The translations under genes were made by a program, and so were the position numbers. Under the pieces are notes generated by a model. The model did not search any database and was not told the DNA's origin. It was given only the letters and a program-made list of their open reading frames with translations. From assembly GCA_009908855.1 (NCBI GenBank), contig JAAAOM010000003.1, positions 77,663 through 141,662 on the forward strand: a DNA stretch of 64,000 bases, read 5' to 3'. Positions 29,204-39,613 of this stretch are shown here, in pieces (position 1 is the stretch's first letter; every line of letters begins with the position of its first letter). This DNA is from Bacteroidota bacterium (GTDB taxonomy: Bacteria > Bacteroidota > Bacteroidia > Bacteroidales > JAAAOM01).

Positions 29204-31765
29204 ATGAAACTACTTGCAAAACTCTTACTTTTCATCCTGTTAGGTACAATCCCTGTTGATAAAATAAATAGTCAGGTAAATTTTGATACGGAGACCTATC
29301 AAACCTTTTTAACCACCAATCAATCTTATTCGACTGATCAGATACTTGAAGCGAACCCGCCCCAAACGGATTATTATGTAAAAAGACAATTTCCTGCTTC
29401 TCCCCATGAAATAGCCTGCTTCCCTTCTATCGACAGTGTTTATCAATTTACGAACTACGAAAAACAATTGCTTACACAAAACCATTTTATGGTAACCGAG
29501 CGGCAAAGAAATAATTCCTGGGCCCAGTCATTTATTCAGATATACAGCAATGATCTGCCTCTTTTTATCAGTTCCGATTTTATTCTTCATAGTTTACACC
29601 GATCCTATGATGAAATTCTAATGGAACTGGAAAAAGAATTGTTGGAGCCAAATTTAAAAATATTGTTACAGTCAATGTATGATTCATACACTGATTTATA
29701 TCAAAAATATTCACAAAACAGCGATATGTTGCCGGCTCTGAGTGATGTAGACTTGTATATAGCCGTTGCGCTATCATTGAGCAAAAATAATACATATTTA
29801 CCACAACATTCAAATCGTGAAATGTATGATTTGGTAATGAATGCCATAGAGGTCCAACAACTTGTTAATTTAAATCTTTTTACAGACGACCGTATCCGTA
29901 AACTTGATTTCAGTCAGTACAAACCCAGAGGACATTACACACATGAATTTTATGAAGAAGGTAATTTACGAACATTGAAAGATTATTTTGTGACGATGAT
30001 GTGGTTAGGACGTATTGATTTTTTGCTTACCGGCCCTCCGGAAAACCCCTGGGAAACAGACTGGACGCAAGAAGAGTTACAACGCATGCAAATAGCCGCG
30101 GTATTATTGAATGAACTGTTAAATACTTGTGGAGATAAAAATCTTTTAGATACACATGAGAATATTATCAGTTTTTTAGTGGGGCCTGATGATAATCTCA
30201 CACCTGATGAATTAACATCACTGGTCTCCGATCATTTGGAATCCCCTGAAGATATCCTGAATGAAAATAATTTTGATGTCTTTACCAATGCACTGAATGC
30301 CTCTGATGATTATGGACAGAAAATCATGTCCAATTTTTTTTATGTCGATCCGAAATCTTCAGATCCGGGAAAACTACCCGTTTCTTACAAGCTCCTGGGG
30401 CAGAAATTTATACTTGATTCGTACATTGCCAGTGAAGTTGTATACGACCGAATTGTTTGGGATGAAGACAAAATATACAGGGGTATGCCTGATCCGTTGG
30501 ATGTAATGGCAGTATTAGGCAATGAAGATGCACTTATGCTCATGCAGGATGAGATGAAAAAATTCCACTATGCCTACAAAATAAATGCATTGCAAGAACT
30601 AATCTCATATTATGATGATGGGTTCTGGGAACAATCTTTATACAACAGCTGGTTATCTGCCATTCGTACACTCAACCCGCCGGAAACCAGTGATAATTTG
30701 CCTTATTTCATGCAAACAACGGCATGGCATCACGAGAAATTAAATACACAGCTTACGTCATGGGCCGAGTTGCGACATGATAACATTCTTTATGCTAAAC
30801 AATCATACACAGGAGCAACCGGTTGTTCATTTCCTTATACGTACATTGAACCTTACCCGTCTCTTTATCAAAAAATTAAAAAAATTGCGTATGACGCACA
30901 ACATTTCTTTGACGACTTATTAGGCAGCGATCATAAAATCACGCGATTCTACGAATCCTATGGAAACCTTATGAGTCATTTTACCAATATTGCTGAGAAA
31001 GAATTAAATGCCATACCACTTAACGATACTGAGGTCACTTTCTTAAAAACCATGATCAATGGAACTATGGCTTCAGGACCGTCTATCAGCGGATGGTTTA
31101 ATGATCTGTTCTATACTCCTTATAAAGCATACGGTGAGGATTTTATTGTTGCGGATATTCATACACAACCAACCGATGAACACGGTAATGTTGTGGGCAA
31201 TGTTTATCATGTAGGAAGCGGATATATAAATCAAGGAGTGTTTTTTGCTCCCAATCCTGTGCGACCCAAACAAATCATGGCATTTACCGGGCCGGTTGCA
31301 TCATTTCATTATGACATTACCAGTAACTTTGAACGCCATAGTGATGAAGAATGGGAAACAAAATTTGGGATGCAATCTGATATGCCAAAACGTCCCGATT
31401 GGGTGAATATATATCTGGCTAACGAAAAGGGAGAGGCTTATCCTGATGGCAGAAAATTGCATGGTAAAACTTATACAGGCAAATTGACCAATGTTTATGA
31501 ACCCAAATTATCGGATTACCTGTTAGCTTTTCCAAATCCTGCCAGGAATAAGATAAATATACGATTAATGCTTAATAACCAAAGTGATATCCAGGCTACC
31601 ATATATGATATGCGGGGACGGGTAGTTCAGCGGATGCATCATACCCGTTTGTTACCTGCGGAACATAACCTGGTAATGAATATTGATCATTTGCAACCAG
31701 GTCAATATATCGTACAAATACAACTGGATAAAGAAATGATAACAAAAAAAATTACGATTCTATAG
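29204..31765 (+). CDS. secreted DUF3160-like protein with a T9SS type-A C-terminal sorting domain
   Basis: 853-aa ORF with a signal peptide. The YKPRGHYT motif and overall length are reminiscent of DUF3160. The C-terminal roughly 80 aa (LLAFPNPARNKINIRL...ATIYDMRGRVVQ...LQPGQYIVQIQLDKEMITKKITIL) match the Por secretion tail pattern. Confidence 0.7.
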   Translation: MKLLAKLLLFILLGTIPVDKINSQVNFDTETYQTFLTTNQSYSTDQILEANPPQTDYYVKRQFPASPHEIACFPSIDSVYQFTNYEKQLLTQNHFMVTERQRNNSWAQSFIQIYSNDLPLFISSDFILHSLHRSYDEILMELEKELLEPNLKILLQSMYDSYTDLYQKYSQNSDMLPALSDVDLYIAVALSLSKNNTYLPQHSNREMYDLVMNAIEVQQLVNLNLFTDDRIRKLDFSQYKPRGHYTHEFYEEGNLRTLKDYFVTMMWLGRIDFLLTGPPENPWETDWTQEELQRMQIAAVLLNELLNTCGDKNLLDTHENIISFLVGPDDNLTPDELTSLVSDHLESPEDILNENNFDVFTNALNASDDYGQKIMSNFFYVDPKSSDPGKLPVSYKLLGQKFILDSYIASEVVYDRIVWDEDKIYRGMPDPLDVMAVLGNEDALMLMQDEMKKFHYAYKINALQELISYYDDGFWEQSLYNSWLSAIRTLNPPETSDNLPYFMQTTAWHHEKLNTQLTSWAELRHDNILYAKQSYTGATGCSFPYTYIEPYPSLYQKIKKIAYDAQHFFDDLLGSDHKITRFYESYGNLMSHFTNIAEKELNAIPLNDTEVTFLKTMINGTMASGPSISGWFNDLFYTPYKAYGEDFIVADIHTQPTDEHGNVVGNVYHVGSGYINQGVFFAPNPVRPKQIMAFTGPVASFHYDITSNFERHSDEEWETKFGMQSDMPKRPDWVNIYLANEKGEAYPDGRKLHGKTYTGKLTNVYEPKLSDYLLAFPNPARNKINIRLMLNNQSDIQATIYDMRGRVVQRMHHTRLLPAEHNLVMNIDHLQPGQYIVQIQLDKEMITKKITIL

Positions 31766-31882
31766 TTTCATGTATTGCCGAATTTCCGGGATGATTTTCG
31801 CAAATTATTCCTTGCGGATTACGGATGTGGATAGCCAATTTCAAGGCTATTAACGATGGTTGGAACAGGTCAGATACAGTGA

Positions 31883-34819
31883 TTAAGCAAACAGCTCCAT
31901 CACTTCATCCACCGAAGCAGCTTTAAACGGATTATTATTATTGATAAAGACATCCGACAGATCAGATTTACGCTTTTTAAGTTGCAATATTTTTTCTTCA
32001 ATGGTATCACGGCCAATAAACCGATATACAAATACATTTTTATCCTGTCCGATTCGATGTGCCCTGCTAATAGCCTGATTTTCGGCTGCCGGATTCCACC
32101 AGGGATCCAAAATAAATACATAATCAGCCGCCGTTAAGTTAAGACCTACCCCGCCCGCTTTGAGCGAAATCAGGAAACACCGTATCGATTCATCTTCCTG
32201 AAATTTTTGCACGATATCATTCCGATGATCTGTTTCTCCGGTCAGCATGCAATAGCCAATTTCATTTTCAACCAGTTGTTTTTCAATTAATTCCAAATGT
32301 TTAACGAAAGATGAGAACAACAATGCTTTATGCCCCTCAGCCACAATATTGTTTATTGTACGCAGAATTTCGCCATACTTGCCCGATTCATATTCGTATG
32401 ATGGATCGATCATAATGGGATGATTGGCAATTTGCCGCAATCGGGTAAGTGATTGTAATACCATGATGGCTGATTTTTCAGCACCAAACTTACCGATATT
32501 TTCAAGTATTAAATTCCGCGCTTTCGATTTCTCCTCCTCATAAATTTTACGCTGTTCAGGTGTCATTTCACACATGACTTGTTGCTGTGTTATAGGGGGT
32601 AGATCCTTGGCAACTTCTTTTTTTGTGCGCCGGAGAATAAAAGGTTGGATGAGTGTTTTTAATTTATACTCTCTTTCTTCGTTATTCTGTTTCTCGATGG
32701 GTGTTACAAACTCACTTTTAAAAAAATTAAGATTCCCCAGCAGTCCTTTGTTCAGAAAATTAATTTGCGCCCACATATCTACCAATGAATTTTCGATTGG
32801 TGTTCCTGTGAGTACCAACCGATGATCGGAATTAACCTGATTGATGGCTTTGTACGTTTTGGACATCGGATTTTTGATCATCTGGCTTTCATCCAGCACC
32901 AAATAAAGGAAATGGTACTTTTTAAGCATTTCAAGGTCATTGCGGATAATACCGTAGGATGTAATTATCACATCGCTGTGCTTATATATCCGGCTGAAAT
33001 TTCTTCGGTTAGCGCCAATATAAGTATTCACTTTTAAACTAGGCGTGAATTTTTTGGTCTCGTTAATCCAGTTAAAAACCAGCGATACAGGCACCACAAT
33101 AAGAACGGGGTAAGTCTTTGCCGCTTTGGCTCCTTCGGGGTTATCAAAAATGGTTAGCTGCCCTTCGGCTACATCTGTGGGCGCACCAACCTGCTCACGT
33201 ATATTTTCATTAATCACCGACTGGATCAATACCAATGTCTGGATTGTTTTTCCCAATCCCATATCATCAGCCAGGCAACCACCAAAATTATTTTTGTACA
33301 GGTTATACATCCATTTTAACCCCTGATACTGATATGACCGAAGTTCAACATTCACACCTTCGGGAATTTCAACCTCATCACCAATTGATTCATTGGTCAG
33401 GTCAATTAACTTATCCTTATAACTTTTATCAATCCCTTTCAGCTCTGATTTTATTAAGGAGAAGTATTGTTTATCCAATTGCAGGTTTTCGTCCTTGTCA
33501 TGTCCAAAAGTGAATATCTCCCGAAAACGTGAGAACCATTCATCGGGTAAAATAAATACCTCCTTGTTCGGAAGCTCAAATTCCCGTTTTTCATTCAAAA
33601 TATGATCACGGAACTGAAGAAACGGTATTTTAAAATCAGAGAATATAACATAAGCCTTTATATCAAACCAATCCGCGCTGTCATCGGATACCTGAACATC
33701 CAGTCTGAATTCGCGGGTATAATATTTACGTTCCTGCAGGCGCTGTACAATCGTAAAGCCATTTTCCTCCAGGGTAGTATTTTTCTGGTTAAAATAGTTA
33801 ATAAACTGGTATAAATCCTCATTATGCTTATATCCCAGGGGGATAAAAAAAGGCCCGTCGGTATTCACAAAACCAGCCGACAGAAACATGGATATGTAGT
33901 GATTTTCCTGTTCGTATTGACGATTTATCTTGCTAAAAAAAAATGCTGACCCGTTTTCCTGAAACAATACTTTTAACTCTGACTTTTTGTTAGCCTGATA
34001 TTCAAGGCCTTGTCCGTATTTAAATTTCAGAATGGCCACCGGTTTGTTATTAAAATCGTACTCAAGCGAAATAACGGGCTCAGGTGTAATATCCTCATCC
34101 ACAATATCAAATCCGGTAGCATTTACACGGAAGTTCTTAATGGCATTCAGTACAAATGTACGCAAATATTTGGTTTCAAAATTCGGAGGCACCGATACAC
34201 TTTCTTTGCTGAAAAATGGCAACAGTTTCTTACCATCAATATCCTGGAACTGGTAAAGTGTGTTTTCTACAATCAACCGACAGGGTTCGTTGCATAAAAT
34301 AATACCTTCCTTATTGGTCAGGGATATATCATTGTCGCCATTGCTTATGGTAAGATAATACCGAAGTCCTTCACCGTTTTTGATAAAATTAAAAACCGCC
34401 TCAGCCGGCTCAGGGCTTACTTCTATTTTATCAGATTCGTAAATATTATTAAGTGCAATTTTGTGGTATATATCAATATCGGCAGAAGACAAAATTTCAA
34501 GACATCGATTCATTCGTCGTTCTACATAGGGACGAATATGATCACGAAACAAGTCATCAGGGATATTATTCAGGAAATTCTGCGTGCCCGTTTTTTTCTT
34601 TGAAAAATGTTTTGTGAGATTACTATCGTTATACTCATCTACCAATCTGACTATTTGACGGGCATCTTCGGACAATTCAGGGTATAAATTAATATTGGTT
34701 TCCAACACACGATCTACAATGGTGTAAAACTCCTGTCCCGATTCGCGCTCTACATAATATGGTGCAAAAACGTATCCAAGTACCCTATGTTCCGTCAAAG
34801 CGACGATTAACTTTCTCAT
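31883..34819 (-). CDS. SNF2-family DEAD/DEAH-box helicase (RapA/HepA-like)
   Basis: 978-aa ORF with SNF2 motifs LADDMGLGKTIQ (motif I) and LVLDESQMIKN (motif II), and a helicase C domain (LISLKAGGVGLNLTAADYVFILDPWWNPAAENQAISRAHRIGQ). It has a long N-terminal accessory region. Confidence 0.88.
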   Translation of the reverse strand: MRKLIVALTEHRVLGYVFAPYYVERESGQEFYTIVDRVLETNINLYPELSEDARQIVRLVDEYNDSNLTKHFSKKKTGTQNFLNNIPDDLFRDHIRPYVERRMNRCLEILSSADIDIYHKIALNNIYESDKIEVSPEPAEAVFNFIKNGEGLRYYLTISNGDNDISLTNKEGIILCNEPCRLIVENTLYQFQDIDGKKLLPFFSKESVSVPPNFETKYLRTFVLNAIKNFRVNATGFDIVDEDITPEPVISLEYDFNNKPVAILKFKYGQGLEYQANKKSELKVLFQENGSAFFFSKINRQYEQENHYISMFLSAGFVNTDGPFFIPLGYKHNEDLYQFINYFNQKNTTLEENGFTIVQRLQERKYYTREFRLDVQVSDDSADWFDIKAYVIFSDFKIPFLQFRDHILNEKREFELPNKEVFILPDEWFSRFREIFTFGHDKDENLQLDKQYFSLIKSELKGIDKSYKDKLIDLTNESIGDEVEIPEGVNVELRSYQYQGLKWMYNLYKNNFGGCLADDMGLGKTIQTLVLIQSVINENIREQVGAPTDVAEGQLTIFDNPEGAKAAKTYPVLIVVPVSLVFNWINETKKFTPSLKVNTYIGANRRNFSRIYKHSDVIITSYGIIRNDLEMLKKYHFLYLVLDESQMIKNPMSKTYKAINQVNSDHRLVLTGTPIENSLVDMWAQINFLNKGLLGNLNFFKSEFVTPIEKQNNEEREYKLKTLIQPFILRRTKKEVAKDLPPITQQQVMCEMTPEQRKIYEEEKSKARNLILENIGKFGAEKSAIMVLQSLTRLRQIANHPIMIDPSYEYESGKYGEILRTINNIVAEGHKALLFSSFVKHLELIEKQLVENEIGYCMLTGETDHRNDIVQKFQEDESIRCFLISLKAGGVGLNLTAADYVFILDPWWNPAAENQAISRAHRIGQDKNVFVYRFIGRDTIEEKILQLKKRKSDLSDVFINNNNPFKAASVDEVMELFA

Positions 34820-34910
34820 AAAACAAAAATGTGAAAAAGAATACTATTGACAAATGACCTTTTACAAGAAATTCTTAAAAAATAACAAATTAACATTGGT
34901 ATATTTCGGG

Positions 34911-35960
34911 TCATTGTGCAAAAAAATCAATATAAACCGGCAAGTGGTCGCTGTAACCAGGCTGCCAGTTAAATCCATGATAGGTTCTGAAAGGATATTT
35001 TCCTGTGAACCGCTCATCATCTGTTAATAAAAAATCCGACTGAAATATTTTTATAGCATCCAACCTTGTATATATTGAATTTGAAGGATTGAGCAATGAA
35101 CCTGATACCATCACCTGATCCAGTATATTCCAATGTCCCTGGTATTTATGAGTGCCTATGCTCAAGGATTCCAATGTGGCGCTTACATTGTATATGATGG
35201 TATCCTGAATGGACGAATATTCATTTTTTGCCCTGAGATATTGTTGGATGCTTATGTTTTGGGGTGTATCGTTAAAATCTCCCATAATGACTATGTTGGC
35301 ATCCTGATCCTTCATGAAAATGGAATCGAGCATATTGCGCAGGTTTTTAGCTGCCGCGATACGGTTTGGGCGACTTCTTTCTTCTCCTCCCCAACGTGAT
35401 GGCCAGTGGTTAACCAGAAAATGCATCGTATCTTTTCCTGCGTGCAATAATGTGGTATGAAGTATTTCACGCGTAGTACGGGTACTATCAAAAGGATAAT
35501 TTATGGTTCGGTAGCTTTCGGCAACCCTGGTGAACTGATTTGTATTGAATAGAAGCGCTACATCAATCCCCCGGCGATCAGGCGATTCACGATGGATAAT
35601 CTCATAGGGATGTTTGGATAAGGGTGTTTTGGAAATCAAATCTTCCAACACATGGCGATTCTCAATTTCCGACAAACCAATAATATCCACACCGTCCCAC
35701 TCACCTACTGCAGCCAGCACTTTATATATATTGTTCAGTTTATGGTTGTATTTATAGTCAGTCCAGGCCCTGTTGCCTTCAGGTGTATACTCATCATCGT
35801 TGGTCAGTGAATCATTTTGGGTATCAAACAGGTTTTCGACGTTGTAAAATACCACGCGAAAGGATTTATGTCGGCTTTGGGCCGATAAAGACCCTACTGC
35901 GGTCACACCCATCAGTACAATAAAAATCAACATAAATAATTGTTGTCTGCTAAGCTGCAT
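34911..35960 (-). CDS. secreted endonuclease/exonuclease/phosphatase (EEP) family protein
   Basis: 349-aa ORF with a signal peptide (LMGVTAVGSLSAQ). EEP-type motifs are present (FRVVFYNVENLF, IIGLSEIEN, IVIMGDFND, SDHLPVYIDF). Confidence 0.8.
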   Translation of the reverse strand: MQLSRQQLFMLIFIVLMGVTAVGSLSAQSRHKSFRVVFYNVENLFDTQNDSLTNDDEYTPEGNRAWTDYKYNHKLNNIYKVLAAVGEWDGVDIIGLSEIENRHVLEDLISKTPLSKHPYEIIHRESPDRRGIDVALLFNTNQFTRVAESYRTINYPFDSTRTTREILHTTLLHAGKDTMHFLVNHWPSRWGGEERSRPNRIAAAKNLRNMLDSIFMKDQDANIVIMGDFNDTPQNISIQQYLRAKNEYSSIQDTIIYNVSATLESLSIGTHKYQGHWNILDQVMVSGSLLNPSNSIYTRLDAIKIFQSDFLLTDDERFTGKYPFRTYHGFNWQPGYSDHLPVYIDFFAQ

Positions 35961-35969
35961 TAGGTATTA

Positions 35970-37436
35970 TTATTCGGATTGAATATATTCATAAGCCCCA
36001 ATATCCGGTGCTTCATCAGTATTTCTGAAATTTCCCAATATATCCTTTTCCAGGCCCGCAACCTCATCCAGCAATGCCGGATTACCTTTGTCAATGGCAA
36101 AAGCAGCTGAATCAAGCGATAAATCCAGGCTATCTGACGATACCTGCCTAAATCCGGGTTCGTTATTCCAGTAAATATTTTTAAAGCGTTTGGTATCGGT
36201 TGTATCCATATCCTTGCCGGAAGCCTTAATCAGGCAATTCTCGAAATTATATTCATAAACATTTAAAAGCGTATCGGCCAATACCAATTCATCTTTGCTA
36301 TTGCCATATATTATGGAATTCCTGAAATCAGCTTTTAGTAAATCACCACCAAAGTGTATGTCAAAAATTTCACCGGTAAACGGATCGCGATAGTTGGCGT
36401 ATGTAAAATAATTGGATAACCAAATTCCGGTACGCAAATTTTTTGAAGCCCCTACCGTGGTCTTATAGTTGCCAAATGTGCAATGATGAAATTCATATTC
36501 GCCCCCTCTGAAAAGGGCTAACAACACTTCGGAGCAATTGCTTATTTCAACATTTATCCCGGTAATAGTTGCACCGAAGGCGTAAATACCGGAAAAACTC
36601 ATATTCTCAATTATCACATTTTCGAGCATCACCTCAACGGGTTCATTTTCGGTAAGTAACCCAACCTGCATACCGGTAATGGCATTTTTTATTTGCGCAT
36701 TTTTGATCATATTCCCGGTACTTTTCGGGAAAAATACAATGGTTCCCCACTGACTTGGAATATCCTGGTAATCTTCTTCTAATCTGTCGGCCTGAAATAT
36801 TACCGGATTTTCAACGGTGCCTTCTACCAGCAACTGTCCCTGAATAATAATGCTGGAGCGGAAATGAGAATATACCTTCACCCCTTCCTGTATGGTTAAT
36901 GTGGTATTGCTGTCCACCAGTAAGTTATTGTAAATCACATAAGGCTTGTCGGCGGTCCAGGTTTCATCCGTTCTAATGGTTTTGGCGTTGAATAGATGTA
37001 TATTCTGTCCCCAGGCTACAATTTGTACAAAATGTGTTTGATTGTTAACCTCAAAAGCAATGGAATCGTTAATGAATATGGGATTGTTCTCATCCGATCC
37101 GTCGATAGTAGCCTCTACAAAAATGAACAGGCTGTCCTTACTGTGCAAGGTAATGTTCTTTCGTGATGTGTTTTCCTGTCCGTTAATGTTTAACCGAAAA
37201 TACGACTGATTACCACCCATCAAACGTATTTCATTAAATTTAACCGATTTATTCTCCCGATTGTAAACCTTAAAGATTTTGGTGGTTGTGCCGAGGGTTG
37301 TAAAAACGGTGTCGAACATAACCGTATCAGTCGAAAAACCAATATTCACATTGGATTGACTGTCAGCAAAATCATCCTTTTGGCAGGCAATCACCGCAAG
37401 CAGACTAATACATACAGGAATAAACTTATATATCAA
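35970..37436 (-). CDS. lipoprotein with parallel beta-helix-like repeats
   Basis: 488-aa ORF with a lipobox (LLAVIAC). Repeated N-x-x-I-x-N style turns (LENVIIENMSFSG, INVEISNCSE, FRNSIIYGN, FENCLIKA) suggest a right-handed beta-helix. It lies 9 nt upstream of the EEP gene. Confidence 0.6.
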   Translation of the reverse strand: MIYKFIPVCISLLAVIACQKDDFADSQSNVNIGFSTDTVMFDTVFTTLGTTTKIFKVYNRENKSVKFNEIRLMGGNQSYFRLNINGQENTSRKNITLHSKDSLFIFVEATIDGSDENNPIFINDSIAFEVNNQTHFVQIVAWGQNIHLFNAKTIRTDETWTADKPYVIYNNLLVDSNTTLTIQEGVKVYSHFRSSIIIQGQLLVEGTVENPVIFQADRLEEDYQDIPSQWGTIVFFPKSTGNMIKNAQIKNAITGMQVGLLTENEPVEVMLENVIIENMSFSGIYAFGATITGINVEISNCSEVLLALFRGGEYEFHHCTFGNYKTTVGASKNLRTGIWLSNYFTYANYRDPFTGEIFDIHFGGDLLKADFRNSIIYGNSKDELVLADTLLNVYEYNFENCLIKASGKDMDTTDTKRFKNIYWNNEPGFRQVSSDSLDLSLDSAAFAIDKGNPALLDEVAGLEKDILGNFRNTDEAPDIGAYEYIQSE

Positions 37437-37602
37437 AACCAGGTATTTTATTACACACGAACGTCAAAGATAAGATGATTATTACATTGACCGGATACAT
37501 GTTTAAAAAATAATGAATTATTCACATTTGATTCGTAAATATTAGTTTATAATTTTAATTATCTTTTATCTTTGAAATGACTTTATTAAATCAATCGTTT
37601 AG

Positions 37603-38100
37603 ATGGAAATAAAACTTGCTGTTGAAAAAGACATTGTTGAAATTATGTTCTTTTTTAGAGAATGTGCCAAACACAACATAAAAAACGGTCTTTTTTATTG
37701 GAATAACCACCACCCCGCCTATCAGGATACGATGAATGATATTAATAAGCAGGAATTATTTTTTTTACAAGACAGGTTTATTTGTGCCGGCGTTATGTGT
37801 CTGAATTCAGAGCCCGGTAATAAGTTTGCTGCATTGGCCTGGAATGATAAAGAAAACCCCTTAATTATGAAATATTTTGGTGTTCATCCCGACTGGCACA
37901 AAAAAGATGTAGGCAATAAACTACTTGAATTTTCAAACCAAAAAGCGCTGGATGAAGATTTTACAAGCATACATGCCGATGTATTCTCCTCCGATGAAGT
38001 GCATAAGCGAATGCTCATCGACAACGGATTTGAGGAAATTGGTGAATACCTGAGAGAACCTCAAATGTTTTCGTACAAGGCGTTTGAAAAAGAGTTTTAA
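37603..38100 (+). CDS. GNAT-family N-acetyltransferase
   Basis: 165-aa ORF whose size and the FGVHPDWHKKDVGNKLL acetyl-CoA-binding-like segment fit GNAT. Confidence 0.7.
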   Translation: MEIKLAVEKDIVEIMFFFRECAKHNIKNGLFYWNNHHPAYQDTMNDINKQELFFLQDRFICAGVMCLNSEPGNKFAALAWNDKENPLIMKYFGVHPDWHKKDVGNKLLEFSNQKALDEDFTSIHADVFSSDEVHKRMLIDNGFEEIGEYLREPQMFSYKAFEKEF

Positions 38101-38114
38101 CGCATTATTGCGTT
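38099..38114. terminator. short hairpin between convergent genes (possible bidirectional terminator)
   Basis: AACGCA-TTAT-TGCGTT is a perfect 6-bp stem flanked by T-rich sequence on + and A-rich sequence upstream. It lies between the GNAT stop and the TolC stop. Confidence 0.35.
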
Positions 38115-38120
38115 TTGTGC

Positions 38121-39470
38121 CTAATTTAATGATAACTGATTACCCAGGTAAAAATCAATTAATTTCAATTGAAATACATACTCAAATTTGGCCTGCAGAG
38201 AATCTGATTTTGCTTTTATTAAATTGTTTTTCGCCGTATTGTATTCAACAGCAGTAATCATACCCACATCATATTTTTGCTGCGCATAGGAAAAGGCTTC
38301 TTCGTTGAATTTCACAGCTTCCTGTGCCGCGTAATATCTGTCCAACGCTGCCTGACCATCGGCATATACCTGCTGAATATCCTTATAAAGTTGTAATTTG
38401 GTTTTCTCAAGGCTAAGCTCAGCTTGCTTACTATACATTCTTGCCCGGTTGACGGAAGCACGATTTTCAAAACGATTAAAAATGGGAATTTGTAATCCTA
38501 CCGACACATTGCCATCCTGGTTGTCTTCAATCTGATCGAAATAGGGATAATCCTCCGTTACTCCGGTATTTTCGTTCGGCAATGTACGTAAACTCGAATA
38601 ACCGGTTGAGATTCTAAAACTCGCATATAACGAAGGACGAAATCCTGACTTTTGAATTTCCACGTTTTTGTCGGCTGATTTAACGCGCCATTCGGCACTC
38701 TTCACCTGGGGCATAATGCCCAATGAGGTTTGATACAACTCGCTTACCGGCTGTAACAGTCGATTGTGCTCCTGAACAGCTATTTCAGGTATAACAATTT
38801 CAAAGTTATCAGTATCCTCAAGATCGAGTAGTTGAACAAGGTCAAGATAAGCAATATTCAATTCATTTTGGGCATTGGTAACATTATATTTCTCATTTGC
38901 GGCCTGTGCCTGAATCTCATATAAATCGCCTTTGGCAACATTACCAACCTCCACCAATGCTTTTGTTCGTTCCAGTTGCATTTGAATTAGGCTGTCCTGA
39001 CTTTGTGCCACCTGCAGCAATTCCTTATTAAAAAGGATTTGCAGGTAAGCCATAGCTATTTGAATGGAAATATCATTTTTAGCTTTTTCCAGCTCGGCCT
39101 CCGTCATTTTCAACCTGTATTCCCGATAGGCCAGGTTATGATATTTTCGCAATCCTTCAAATAAACTCACCTGTGACTGTACATAGAAATTATTACTGGT
39201 ACTTGGGTCAGTAACAATTTCATTCAAAAATGGGTCCAGTGAACGCCCAAAATTGTAATTATAACCGGCACCGGCATTTAAGTCGGGCAAAAGACTGTAT
39301 TTAGCCACTTCCACATCGGTCTGGCTAATGTTACTTTCAAGTTGCTGTTGCTTAATATCAAGGTTGTTTTCGTAAGCATATTGTATGCAACGTTCCAATG
39401 ACCATGGCTGGGCAGTAGCCGCAAAAACCATCATAAATAGACAAATAAGCAGGATACTAAGTTTTTTCAT
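38121..39470 (-). CDS. tolC: TolC-family outer-membrane efflux protein
   Basis: 449-aa ORF with a signal peptide, and two repeats of the OEP coiled-coil/barrel pattern. The N-terminus (SLERCIQYAYENNLDIKQQQLE) is typical. Confidence 0.85.
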   Translation of the reverse strand: MKKLSILLICLFMMVFAATAQPWSLERCIQYAYENNLDIKQQQLESNISQTDVEVAKYSLLPDLNAGAGYNYNFGRSLDPFLNEIVTDPSTSNNFYVQSQVSLFEGLRKYHNLAYREYRLKMTEAELEKAKNDISIQIAMAYLQILFNKELLQVAQSQDSLIQMQLERTKALVEVGNVAKGDLYEIQAQAANEKYNVTNAQNELNIAYLDLVQLLDLEDTDNFEIVIPEIAVQEHNRLLQPVSELYQTSLGIMPQVKSAEWRVKSADKNVEIQKSGFRPSLYASFRISTGYSSLRTLPNENTGVTEDYPYFDQIEDNQDGNVSVGLQIPIFNRFENRASVNRARMYSKQAELSLEKTKLQLYKDIQQVYADGQAALDRYYAAQEAVKFNEEAFSYAQQKYDVGMITAVEYNTAKNNLIKAKSDSLQAKFEYVFQLKLIDFYLGNQLSLN

Positions 39471-39613
39471 TTAATGAATTGTTTGACTTATGAATGACTG
39501 AATTATTAATTAGAATGATGTTAACCATATAAAAGTAAACTTCCTTACAAATAACGAACTAATTAAAGAATTATTTATAATTATTTAAGAAAAAATAACG
39601 TTTCAGGTTAATG

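Noticed and set aside
31883-37436. SNF2 helicase plus EEP nuclease as a phage-defence island
   Set aside because: The EEP protein and the neighbouring lipoprotein have export signals and so are not cytoplasmic effectors. No methyltransferase, restriction, Abi or toxin-like gene is adjacent. The SNF2 protein has the length and layout of the widespread housekeeping RapA/HepA-like type.
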